Positions 1 to 13,330 of a stretch of 64,000 bases of DNA are shown one piece after another. Both the position numbers and the translations under genes were made by a program. Each line of letters starts with the position of its first letter. The stretch's first letter is position 1. This DNA comes from Gordius albopunctatus (lineage: Eukaryota): NCBI GenBank assembly GCA_964276515.1, contig OZ193909.1, positions 9,176,001 through 9,240,000 on the forward strand, given 5' to 3'. The notes under the pieces are model-generated. The model ran no database searches. It was given only the letters and a program-made list of their open reading frames with translations, and was not told the DNA's origin.

Positions 1-3000
1 AGCTCTTTTATATAAAATAACAAAAAATATATTTTTTTAGCTCAAAATATTTAAAATTATTTCCATTAACACATATTCATCCGATGAAAGTTGTTATTTT
101 CAGACGTGATTTCCACGATAAGAAGTAAAAATTTATCACAATTAGATAACTACTACTTTGAAATAATCATCGCATATAGTATGTTTCAAAAATTCAGCAC
201 TCTAGTCGCGATGAAACAAACTAATCGCAACAATATAACATTGTCTTTATTCAAAATGATAGTTCTCGCAGCTTAAAACTTCTTAGAAGGAGTCGATCGA
301 GATTAATCAGAATCTCAAATTAGCTTACTTTTCTATATTTTTTCAAGCTCTTTTACATAAAATAACAAAAAATATATTTTTTAGCTCAAAATATTTATAA
401 TTATTTCCATTAACACATATTCATCCGATGAAAGTTGTTATTTTCAGACGTGTATTCCATGATAAGAAGTAAAAATTTATCACAATTTGATAATACTTTG
501 AAATCATCATCGCATATAGCATGTTTCAAAAATTCAGCACTCTCGTCGCGATGAAACAAACTAATCGCAACAATATAACATTGTCTTTATTCAAAATGAT
601 AGTTCTCGCAGCTTAAAACTTCTTATAAGGAGTCGATCGAGATTAAGAGGAATCTAAAATTAGCTTACTTTTATATATTTTTTCAAGCTCTTTTACATAA
701 AATAACAAAATATATATTTTTTAGCTCAAAATATTTAAAATTATTTCCATTAAAACATATTCATCCGATGAAAGTTGTTATTTTCAGACGTGATTTCCAT
801 GATAAGAAGTAAAAATTTATCACAATTAGATAACTATTACTTTGAAATCATCATCGCATATAGCATGTTTCAAAAATTCAGATCTCTCGTCGCGATAAAA
901 CAAACTAATCGCAACAATATAACATTGTCTTTCCTCAAAATGATAGTTCTCGCAGCTTAAAACTTCTTATAAGGAGTCGATCGAGATTAAGAGGAATCTA
1001 AAATTAGCTTACTTTTATATATTTTTTCAAGCTCTTTTACATAAAATAACAAAAAATATATTTTTTTGCTCAAAATATTTCAAATTTTTTCCATTAAACC
1101 ATATTCATCCGATGAAAGTTGTTATTTTCAGACGTGATTTTCATAAGAAGTAAAAATTTATCACAATTAGATAATACTTTGAAATCATCATCGCATATAG
1201 CATGTTTCAAAAATTCAGCACTCTCGTCGCTATGAAACAAACTAATCGCAACAATATAACATTGTCTTTATTCAAAATGATAGTTCTCGCAGCTTAAAAC
1301 TTCTTATAAGGAGTCGATCGAGATTAAGAGGAATCTAAAATTAGCTTACTTTTATATATTTTTTCAAGCTCTTTTACATAAAATAACAAAATATATATTT
1401 TTTAGCTCAAAATATTTAAAATTATTTCCATTAAAACATATTCATCCGATGAAAGTTGTTTTTTTCAGACGTGATTTCCATGATAAGAAGTAAAAATTTA
1501 TCACAATTAGATAACTATTACTTTGAAATCATCATCGCATATAGCATGTTTCAAAAATTCAGCACTCTCGTCGCTATGAAACAAACTAATCGCAACAATA
1601 TAACATTGTCTTTATTCAAAATGATAGTTCTCGCAGCTTAAAACTTCTTAGAAGGAGTCGATCGAGATTAATCAGAATCTCAAATTAGCTTACTTTTATA
1701 TATTTTTTCAAGCTCTTTTACATAAAATAACAAAAAATATATTTTTTAGCTCAAAATATTTATAATTATTTCCATTAACACATATTCATCCGATGAAAGT
1801 TGTTATTTTCAGACGTGATTTCCATGATAAGAAGTAAAAATTTATCACAATTAGATAATACTTTGAAATCATCATCGCATATAGCATGTTTCAAAAATTC
1901 AGCACTCTCGTCGCTATGAAACAAACTAATCGCAACAATATAACATTGTCTTTATTCAAAATGATAGTTCTCGCAGCTTAAAACTTCTTATAAGGAGTCG
2001 ATCGAGATTAAGAGGAATCTAAAATTAGCTTACTTTTATATATTTTTTCAAGCTCTTTTACATAAAATAACAAAAAATATATTTTTTTGCTCAAAATATT
2101 TCAAATTTTTTCCATTAAACCATATTCATCCGATGAAAGTTGTTATTTTCAGACGTGATTTTCATAAGAAGTAAAAATTTATCACAATTAGATAATACTT
2201 TGAAATCATCATCGCATATAGCATGTTTCAAAAATTCAGCACTCTCGTCGCTATGAAACAAACTAATCGCAACAATATAACATTGTCTTTATTCAAAATG
2301 ATAGTTCTCGCAGCTTAAAACTTCTTATAAGGAGTCGATCGAGATTAAGAGGAATCTAAAATTAGCTTACTTTTATATATTTTTTCAAGCTCTTTTACAT
2401 AAAATAACAAAATATATATTTTTTAGCTCAAAATATTTAAAATTATTTCCATTAAAACATATTCATCCGATGAAAGTTGTTTTTTTCAGACGTGATTTCC
2501 ATGATAAGAAGTAAAAATTTATCACAATTAGATAACTATTACTTTGAAATCATCATCGCATATAGCATGTTTCAAAAATTCAGCACTCTCGTCGCTATGA
2601 AACAAACTAATCGCAACAATATAACATTGTCTTTATTCAAAATGATAGTTCTCGCAGCTTAAAACTTCTTATAAGGAGTCGATCGAGATTAAGAGGAATC
2701 TAAAATTAGCTTACTTTTATATATTTTTTCAAGCTCTTTTACATAAAATAACAAAAAATATATTGTTTAGCTCAAAATATTTAAAATTTTTTCCATTAAC
2801 ACATATTCATCAGATGAAAGTTGTTATTTTCAGACGTGTATTCCATGATAAGAAGTAAAAATTTATCACAATTAGATAACTACTACTTTGAAATAATCAT
2901 CGCATATAGCATGTTTCAAAAATTCAGCACTCTCGTCGCGATGAAACAAACTAATCGCAACAATATAACATTGTCTTTATTCAAAATGATAGTTCTCGCA

Positions 3001-4499
3001 GCTTAAAACTTCTTATATGGAGTCGATCGAGATTAATCAGAATCTCAAATTAGCTTACTTTTATATATTTTTTCAAGCTCTTTTACATAAAATAACAAAA
3101 TATATATTTTTAAGCTCAAAATATTTAAAATTTTTTCCATTAAAACATATTCATCCGATGAAAGTTGTTATTTTCAGACGTGATTTCCATATAAGAAGTA
3201 AAAATTTATCACAATTAGATAACTATTACTTTGAAATCATCATCGCATATAGCATGTTTCAAAAATTCAGCACTCTCGTCGCGATGAAACAAACTAATCG
3301 CAACAATATAACGTTGTCTTTCCTCAAAATGATAGTTCTCGCAGCTTAAAACTTCTTATAAGGAGTCGATCGAGATTAATAGGAATCTAAAATTAGCTTA
3401 CTTTTATATATTTTTTCAAGCTCTTTTACATAAAATAACAAAAAATATATTTTTTTGCTCAAAATATTTCAAATTTTTTCCATTAAACCATATTCATCCG
3501 ATGAAAGTTGTTATTTTCAGACGTGATTTTCATAAGAAGTAAAAATTTATCACAATTAGATAATACTTTGAAATCATCATCGCATATAGCATGTTTCAAA
3601 AATTCAGCACTCTCGTCGCGATGAAACAAACTAATCGGTACAATATAACGTTGTCTTTCCTCAAAATGATAGTTCTCGCAGCTTAAAACTTCTTATAAGG
3701 AGTCGATCGAGATTAATAGGAATCTCAAATTAGCTTACTTTTATATATTTTTTCAAGCTCTTTTATATAAAATAACAAAAAATATATTTTTTTAGCTCAA
3801 AATATTTAAAATTATTTCCATTAACACATATTCATCCGATGAAAGTTGTTATTTTCAGACGTGATTTCCATGATAAGAAGTAAAAATTTATCACAATTAG
3901 ATAACTACTACTTTGAAATAATCATCGCATATAGTATGTTTCAAAAATTCAGCACTCTAGTCGCGATGAAACAAACTAATCGCAACAATATAACATTGTC
4001 TTTATTCAAAATGATAGTTCTCGCAGCTTAAAACTTCTTAGAAGGAGTCGATCGAGATTAATCAGAATCTCAAATTAGCTTACTTTTCTATATTTTTTCA
4101 AGCTCTTTTACATAAAATAACAAAAAATATATTTTTTAGCTCAAAATATTTATAATTATTTCCATTAACACATATTCATCCGATGAAAGTTGTTATTTTC
4201 AGACGTGTATTCCATGATAAGAAGTAAAAATTTATCACAATTTGATAATACTTTGAAATCATCATCGCATATAGCATGTTTCAAAAATTCAGCACTCTCG
4301 TCGCGATGAAACAAACTAATCGCAACAATATAACATTGTCTTTATTCAAAATGATAGTTCTCGCAGCTTAAAACTTCTTATAAGGAGTCGATCGAGATTA
4401 AGAGGAATCTAAAATTAGCTTACTTTTATATATTTTTTCAAGCTCTTTTACATAAAATAACAAAATATATATTTTTTAGCTCAAAATATTTAAAATTAT

Positions 4500-6460
4500 T
4501 TCCATTAAAACATATTCATCCGATGAAAGTTGTTATTTTCAGACGTGATTTCCATGATAAGAAGTAAAAATTTATCACAATTAGATAACTATTACTTTGA
4601 AATCATCATCGCATATAGCATGTTTCAAAAATTCAGATCTCTCGTCGCGATAAAACAAACTAATCGCAACAATATAACATTGTCTTTCCTCAAAATGATA
4701 GTTCTCGCAGCTTAAAACTTCTTATAAGGAGTCGATCGAGATTAATCAGAATCTCAAATTAGCTTACTTTTATATATTTTTTCAAGCTCTTTTACATAAA
4801 ATAACAAAAAATATATTTTTTTAGCTCAAAATATTTAAAATTATTTCCATTAACACATATTCATCCGATGAAAGTTGTTATTTTCAGACGTGATTTCCAT
4901 GATAAGAAGTAAAAATTTATCACAATTAGATAACTACTACTTTGAAATAATCATCGCATATAGCATGTTTCAAAAATTCAGCACTCTCGTCGCGATGAAA
5001 CAAACTAATCGCAACAATATAACGTTGTCTTTCCTCAAAATGATAGTTCTCGCAGCTTAAAACTTCTTAGAAGGAGTCGATCGAGATTAATCAGAATCTC
5101 AAATTAGCTTACTTTTATATATTTTTTCAAGCTCTTTTACATAAAATAACAAAAAAAATATTTTTTTAGCTCAAAATATTTAAAATTATTTCCATTAACA
5201 CATATTCATCCGATGAAAGTTGTTATTTTCAGACGTGATTTCCATGATAAGAAGTAAAAATTTATCACAATTAGATAACTACTACTTTGAAATAATCATC
5301 GCATATATCATGTTTTAAAAATTCAGCACTCTCGTCGCGATGAAAGAAACTAATCGCAACAATATAACGTTGTCTTTCCTCAAAATGATAGTTCTCGCAG
5401 CTTAAAACTTCTTATAAGGAGTCGATCGAGATTAATCAGAATCTCAAATTAGCTTACTTTTATATATTTTTTCAAGCTCTTTTACATAAAATAACAAAAA
5501 ATATATTTTTTTAGCTCAAAATATTTAAAATTATTTCCATTAACACATATTCATCCGATGAAAGTTGTTATTTTCAGACGTGATTTCCATGATAAGAAGT
5601 AAAAATTTATCACAATTAGATAACTATTACTTTGAAATCATCATCGCATATAGCATGTTTCAAAAATTCAGATCTCTCGTCGCGATAAAACAAACTAATC
5701 GCAACAATATAACATTGTCTTTCCTCAAAATGATAGTTCTCGCAGCTTAAAACTTCTTATAAGGAGTCGATCGAGATTAATCAGAATCTCAAATTAGCTT
5801 ACTTTTATATATTTTTTCAAGCTCTTTTACATAAAATAACAAAAAATATATTTTTTTAGCTCAAAATATTTAAAATTATTTCCATTAACACATATTCATC
5901 CGATGAAAGTTATTATTTTCAGACGTGATTTCCATGATAAGAAGTAAAAATTTATCACAATTAGATAACTACTACTTTGAAATAATCATCGCATATAGCA
6001 TGTTTCAAAAATTCAGCACTCTCGTCGCGATGAAACAAACTAATCGCAACAATATAACGTTGTCTTTCCTCAAAATGATAGTTCTCGCAGCTTAAAACTT
6101 CTTAGAAGGAGTCGATCGAGATTAATCAGAATCTCAAATTAGCTTACTTTTATATATTTTTTCAAGCTCTTTTACATAAAATAACAAAAAAAATATTTTT
6201 TTAGCTCAAAATATTTAAAATTATTTCCATTAACACATATTCATCCGATGAAAGTTGTTATTTTCAGACGTGATTTCCATGATAAGAAGTAAAAATTTAT
6301 CACAATTAGATAACTACTACTTTGAAATAATCATCGCATATATCATGTTTTAAAAATTCAGCACTCTCGTCGCGATGAAAGAAACTAATCGCAACAATAT
6401 AACGTTGTCTTTCCTCAAAATGATAGTTCTCGCAGCTTAAAACTTCTTATAAGGAGTCGA
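4500..6460 (+). repeat. Tandem trimer higher-order repeat (1035 bp x ~2)
   Basis: Same-type ORFs lie at 4530 and 5565 (offset 1035). The rare variant CATATATCATGTTTTAA (with GATGAAAGAAAC) lies at 5308 and 6343 (offset 1035). Confidence 0.8.
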
Positions 6461-6849
6461 TCGAGATTAAGAGGAATCTAAAATTAGCTTACTTTTATAT
6501 ATTTTTTCAAGCTCTTTTACATAAAATAACAAAAAATATATTTTTTTAGCTCAAAATATTTAAAATTATTTCCATTAACACATATTCATCCGATGAAAGT
6601 TGTTATTTTCAGACGTGATTTCCATGATAAGAAGTAAAAATTTATCACAATTAGATAACTACTACTTTGAAATAATCATCGCATATAGTATGTTTCAAAA
6701 ATTCAGCACTCTAGTCGCGATGAAACAAACTAATCGCAACAATATAACATTGTCTTTATTCAAAATGATAGTTCTCGCAGCTTAAAACTTCTTAGAAGGA
6801 GTCGATCGAGATTAATAGGAATCTCAAATTAGCTTACTTTTATATATTT

Positions 6850-9800
6850 TTTCAAGCTCTTTTACATAAAATAACAAAAAATATATTTTTTTAGCTCAAA
6901 ATATTTAAAATTATTTCCATTAACACATATTCATCCGATGAAAGTTGTTATTTTCAGACGTGATTTCCATGATAAGAAGTAAAAATTTATCACAATTAGA
7001 TAACTATTACTTTGAAATCATCATCGCATATAGCATGTTTCAAAAATTCAGATCTCTCGTCGCGATAAAAGAAACTAATCGCAACAATATAACATTGTCT
7101 TTCCTCAAAATGATAGTTCTCGCAGCTTAAAACTTCTTATAAGGAGTCGATCGAGATTAATCAGAATCTCAAATTAGCTTACTTTTATATATTTTTTCAA
7201 GCTCTTTTACATAAAATAACAAAAAATATATTTTTTTAGCTCAAAATATTTAAAATTATTTCCATTAACACATATTCATCCGATGAAAGTTGTTATTTTC
7301 AGACGTGATTTCCATGATAAGAAGTAAAAATTTATCACAATTAGATAACTACTACTTTGAAATAATCATCGCATATAGCATGTTTCAAAAATTCAGCACT
7401 CTCGTCGCGATGAAACAAACTAATCGCAACAATATAACGTTGTCTTTCCTCAAAATGATAGTTCTCGCAGCTTAAAACTTCTTAGAAGGAGTCGATCGAG
7501 ATTAATCAGAATCTCAAATTAGCTTACTTTTATATATTTTTTCAAGCTCTTTTACATAAAATAACAAAAAAAATATTTTTTTAGCTCAAAATATTTAAAA
7601 TTATTTCCATTAACACATATTCATCCGATGAAAGTTGTTATTTTCAGACGTGATTTCCATGATAAGAAGTAAAAATTTATCACAATTAGATAACTACTAC
7701 TTTGAAATAATCATCGCATATATCATGTTTTAAAAATTCAGCACTCTCGTCGCGATGAAAGAAACTAATCGCAACAATATAACGTTGTCTTTCCTCAAAA
7801 TGATAGTTCTCGCAGCTTAAAACTTCTTATAAGGAGTCGATCGAGATTAATCAGAATCTCAAATTAGCTTACTTTTATATATTTTTTCAAGCTCTTTTAC
7901 ATAAAATAACAAAAAATATATTGTTTAGCTCAAAATATTTAAAATTTTTTCCATTAACACATATTCATCAGATGAAAGTTGTTATTTTCAGACGTGTATT
8001 CCATGATAAGAAGTAAAAATTTATCACAATTAGATAACTACTACTTTGAAATAATCATCGCATATAGTATGTTTCAAAAATTCAGCACTCTAGTCGCGAT
8101 GAAACAAACTAATCGCAACAATATAACATTGTCTTTATTCAAAATGATAGTTCTCGGAGCTTAAAACTTCTTATAAGGAGTCGATCGAGATTAATAGGAA
8201 TCTCAAATTAGCTTACTTTTATATATTTTTTCAAGCTCTTTTACATAAAATAACAAAAAATATATTTTTTTAGCTCAAAATATTTAAAATTATTTCCATT
8301 AACACATATTCATCCGATGAAAGTTGTTATTTTCAGACGTGATTTCCATGATAAGAAGTAAAAATTTATCACAATTAGATAACTACTACTTTGAAATAAT
8401 CATCGCATATAGTATGTTTCAAAAATTCAGCACTCTAGTCGCGATGAAACAAACTAATCGCAACAATATAACATTGTCTTTATTCAAAATGATAGTTCTC
8501 GCAGCTTAAAACTTCTTAGAAGGAGTCGATCGAGATTAATCAGAATCTCAAATTAGCTTACTTTTCTATATTTTTTCAAGCTCTTTTACATAAAATAACA
8601 AAAAATATATTTTTTAGCTCAAAATATTTATAATTATTTCCATTAACACATATTCATCCGATGAAAGTTGTTATTTTCAGACGTGTATTCCATGATAAGA
8701 AGTAAAAATTTATCACAATTTGATAATACTTTGAAATCATCATCGCATATAGCATGTTTCAAAAATTCAGCACTCTCGTCGCGATGAAACAAACTAATCG
8801 CAACAATATAACATTGTCTTTATTCAAAATGATAGTTCTCGCAGCTTAAAACTTCTTATAAGGAGTCGATCGAGATTAAGAGGAATCTAAAATTAGCTTA
8901 CTTTTATATATTTTTTCAAGCTCTTTTACATAAAATAACAAAATATATATTTTTTAGCTCAAAATATTTAAAATTATTTCCATTAAAACATATTCATCCG
9001 ATGAAAGTTGTTATTTTCAGACGTGATTTCCATGATAAGAAGTAAAAATTTATCACAATTAGATAACTATTACTTTGAAATCATCATCGCATATAGCATG
9101 TTTCAAAAATTCAGATCTCTCGTCGCGATAAAACAAACTAATCGCAACAATATAACATTGTCTTTCCTCAAAATGATAGTTCTCGCAGCTTAAAACTTCT
9201 TATAAGGAGTCGATCGAGATTAATCAGAATCTCAAATTAGCTTACTTTTATATATTTTTTCAAGCTCTTTTACATAAAATAACAAAAAATATATTTTTTT
9301 AGCTCAAAATATTTAAAATTATTTCCATTAACACATATTCATCCGATGAAAGTTGTTATTTTCAGACGTGATTTCCATGATAAGAAGTAAAAATTTATCA
9401 CAATTAGATAACTACTACTTTGAAATAATCATCGCATATAGCATGTTTCAAAAATTCAGCACTCTCGTCGCGATGAAACAAACTAATCGCAACAATATAA
9501 CGTTGTCTTTCCTCAAAATGATAGTTCTCGCAGCTTAAAACTTCTTAGAAGGAGTCGATCGAGATTAATCAGAATCTCAAATTAGCTTACTTTTATATAT
9601 TTTTTCAAGCTCTTTTACATAAAATAACAAAAAATATATTGTTTAGCTCAAAATATTTAAAATTTTTTCCATTAACACATATTCATCAGATGAAAGTTGT
9701 TATTTTCAGACGTGTATTCCATGATAAGAAGTAAAAATTTATCACAATTAGATAACTACTACTTTGAAATAATCATCGCATATAGTATGTTTCAAAAATT

Positions 9801-12800
9801 CAGCACTCTAGTCGCGATGAAACAAACTAATCGCAACAATATAACATTGTCTTTATTCAAAATGATAGTTCTCGCAGCTTAAAACTTCTTATAAGGAGTC
9901 GATCGAGATTAATAGGAATCTCAAATTAGCTTACTTTTATATATTTTTTCAAGCTCTTTTACATAAAATAACAAAAAATATATTTTTTTAGCTCAAAATA
10001 TTTAAAATTATTTCCATTAACACATATTCATCCGATGAAAGTTGTTATTTTCAGACGTGATTTCCATGATAAGAAGTAAAAATTTATCACAATTAGATAA
10101 CTATTACTTTGAAATCATCATCGCATATAGCATGTTTCAAAAATTCAGATCTCTCGTCGCGATAAAACAAACTAATCGCAACAATATAACATTGTCTTTC
10201 CTCAAAATGATAGTTCTCGCAGCTTAAAACTTCTTATAAGGAGTCGATCGAGATTAATCAGAATCTCAAATTAGCTTACTTTTATATATTTTTTCAAGCT
10301 CTTTTACATAAAATAACAAAAAATATATTTTTTTAGCTCAAAATATTTAAAATTATTTCCATTAACACATATTCATCCGATGAAAGTTGTTATTTTCAGA
10401 CGTGATTTCCATGATAAGAAGTAAAAATTTATCACAATTAGATAACTACTACTTTGAAATAATCATCGCATATAGCATGTTTCAAAAATTCAGCACTCTC
10501 GTCGCGATGAAACAAACTAATCGCAACAATATAACGTTGTCTTTCCTCAAAATGATAGTTCTCGCAGCTTAAAACTTCTTAGAAGGAGTCGATCGAGATT
10601 AATCAGAATCTCAAATTAGCTTACTTTTATATATTTTTTCAAGCTCTTTTACATAAAATAACAAAAAAAATATTTTTTTAGCTCAAAATATTTAAAATTA
10701 TTTCCATTAACACATATTCATCCGATGAAAGTTGTTATTTTCAGACGTGATTTCCATGATAAGAAGTAAAAATTTATCACAATTAGATAACTACTACTTT
10801 GAAATAATCATCGCATATATCATGTTTTAAAAATTCAGCACTCTCGTCGCGATGAAAGAAACTAATCGCAACAATATAACGTTGTCTTTCCTCAAAATGA
10901 TAGTTCTCGCAGCTTAAAACTTCTTATAAGGAGTCGATCGAGATTAATCAGAATCTCAAATTAGCTTACTTTTATATATTTTTTCAAGCTCTTTTACATA
11001 AAATAACAAAAAATATATTGTTTAGCTCAAAATATTTAAAATTTTTTCCATTAACACATATTCATCAGATGAAAGTTGTTATTTTCAGACGTGTATTCCA
11101 TGATAAGAAGTAAAAATTTATCACAATTAGATAACTACTACTTTGAAATAATCATCGCATATAGTATGTTTCAAAAATTCAGCACTCTAGTCGCGATGAA
11201 ACAAACTAATCGCAACAATATAACATTGTCTTTATTCAAAATGATAGTTCTCGCAGCTTAAAACTTCTTATAAGGAGTCGATCGAGATTAATAGGAATCT
11301 CAAATTAGCTTACTTTTATATATTTTTTCAAGCTCTTTTACATAAAATAACAAAAAATATATTTTTTTAGCTCAAAATATTTAAAATTTATTCCATTAAC
11401 ACATATTCATCCGATGAAAGTTGTTATTTTCAGACGTGATTTCCATGATAAGAAGTAAAAATTTATCACAATTAGATAACTACTACTTTGAAATAATCAT
11501 CGCATATAGTATGTTTCAAAAATTCAGCACTCTAGTCGCGATGAAACAAACTAATCGCAACAATATAACATTGTCTTTATTCAAAATGATAGTTCTCGCA
11601 GCTTAAAACTTCTTAGAAGGAGTCGATCGAGATTAATCAGAATCTCAAATTAGCTTACTTTTCTATATTTTTTCAAGCTCTTTTACATAAAATAACAAAA
11701 AATATATTTTTTAGCTCAAAATATTTATAATTATTTCCATTAACACATATTCATCCGATGAAAGTTGTTATTTTCAGACGTGTATTCCATGATAAGAAGT
11801 AAAAATTTATCACAATTTGATAATACTTTGAAATCATCATCGCATATAGCATGTTTCAAAAATTCAGCACTCTCGTCGCGATGAAACAAACTAATCGCAA
11901 CAATATAACATTGTCTTTATTCAAAATGATAGTTCTCGCAGCTTAAAACTTCTTATAAGGAGTCGATCGAGATTAAGAGGAATCTAAAATTAGCTTACTT
12001 TTATATATTTTTTCAAGCTCTTTTACATAAAATAACAAAATATATATTTTTTAGCTCAAAATATTTAAAATTATTTCCATTAAAACATATTCATCCGATG
12101 AAAGTTGTTATTTTCAGACGTGATTTCCATGATAAGAAGTAAAAATTTATCACAATTAGATAACTATTACTTTGAAATCATCATCGCATATAGCATGTTT
12201 CAAAAATTCAGATCTCTCGTCGCGATAAAACAAACTAATCGCAACAATATAACATTGTCTTTCCTCAAAATGATAGTTCTCGCAGCTTAAAACTTCTTAT
12301 AAGGAGTCGATCGAGATTAATCAGAATCTCAAATTAGCTTACTTTTATATATTTTTTCAAGCTCTTTTACATAAAATAACAAAAAATATATTTTTTTAGC
12401 TCAAAATATTTAAAATTATTTCCATTAACACATATTCATCCGATGAAAGTTGTTATTTTCAGACGTGATTTCCATGATAAGAAGTAAAAATTTATCACAA
12501 TTAGATAACTACTACTTTGAAATAATCATCGCATATAGCATGTTTCAAAAATTCAGCACTCTCGTCGCGATGAAACAAACTAATCGCAACAATATAACGT
12601 TGTCTTTCCTCAAAATGATAGTTCTCGCAGCTTAAAACTTCTTAGAAGGAGTCGATCGAGATTAATCAGAATCTCAAATTAGCTTACTTTTATATATTTT
12701 TTCAAGCTCTTTTACATAAAATAACAAAAAAAATATTTTTTTAGCTCAAAATATTTAAAATTATTTCCATTAACACATATTCATCCGATGAAAGTTGTTA

Positions 12801-13330
12801 TTTTCAGACGTGATTTCCATGATAAGAAGTAAAAATTTATCACAATTAGATAACTACTACTTTGAAATAATCATCGCATATATCATGTTTTAAAAATTCA
12901 GCACTCTCGTCGCGATGAAAGAAACTAATCGCAACAATATAACGTTGTCTTTCCTCAAAATGATAGTTCTCGCAGCTTAAAACTTCTTATAAGGAGTCGA
13001 TCGAGATTAATCAGAATCTCAAATTAGCTTACTTTTATATATTTTTTCAAGCTCTTTTACATAAAATAACAAAAAATATATTGTTTAGCTCAAAATATTT
13101 AAAAATTTTTCCATTAACACATATTCATCAGATGAAAGTTGTTATTTTCAGACGTGTATTCCATGATAAGAAGTAAAAATTTATCACAATTAGATAACTA
13201 CTACTTTGAAATAATCATCGCATATAGTATGTTTCAAAAATTCAGCACTCTAGTCGCGATGAAACAAACTAATCGCAACAATATAACATTGTCTTTATTC
13301 AAAATGATAGTTCTCGCAGCTTAAAACTTC
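6850..13330 (+). repeat. Hexamer higher-order repeat (2063 bp) in subfamily A, with one internally truncated 3-monomer copy
   Basis: Matching monomer types at offset 2063: 6945/9008, 7290/9353, 10042/12105, 10387/12450, 11076/13139. Matching types at offset 3097: 6945/10042, 7979/11076, 8324/11421. Confidence 0.8.

Noticed and set aside
286..292. AAGGAG as a Shine-Dalgarno site implying bacterial genes
   Set aside because: It lies just downstream of the ORF stop and is not followed by a start codon at suitable spacing. The context is a satellite.
1..345. Tandem 5S rRNA, tRNA, snRNA or spliced-leader gene array
   Set aside because: I see no recognisable 5S or tRNA sequence, cloverleaf, A/B box or known spliced-leader motif on either strand by eye, and variation is spread across the unit with no distinct gene/spacer split. 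An Rfam/Infernal search would be the formal test.
1..345. Monomer as an ancient dimer of two ~172-bp halves
   Set aside because: No convincing similarity between the halves is visible by eye. Only short motifs (AGCT, ATCGCA) recur.
3017..3349. 110-aa ORF (also 13335-13667, and 81 aa at 36155-36400)
   Set aside because: These are chance read-throughs created by a single ATG-generating variant and indels in particular monomers. They are useful only as markers of monomer type.
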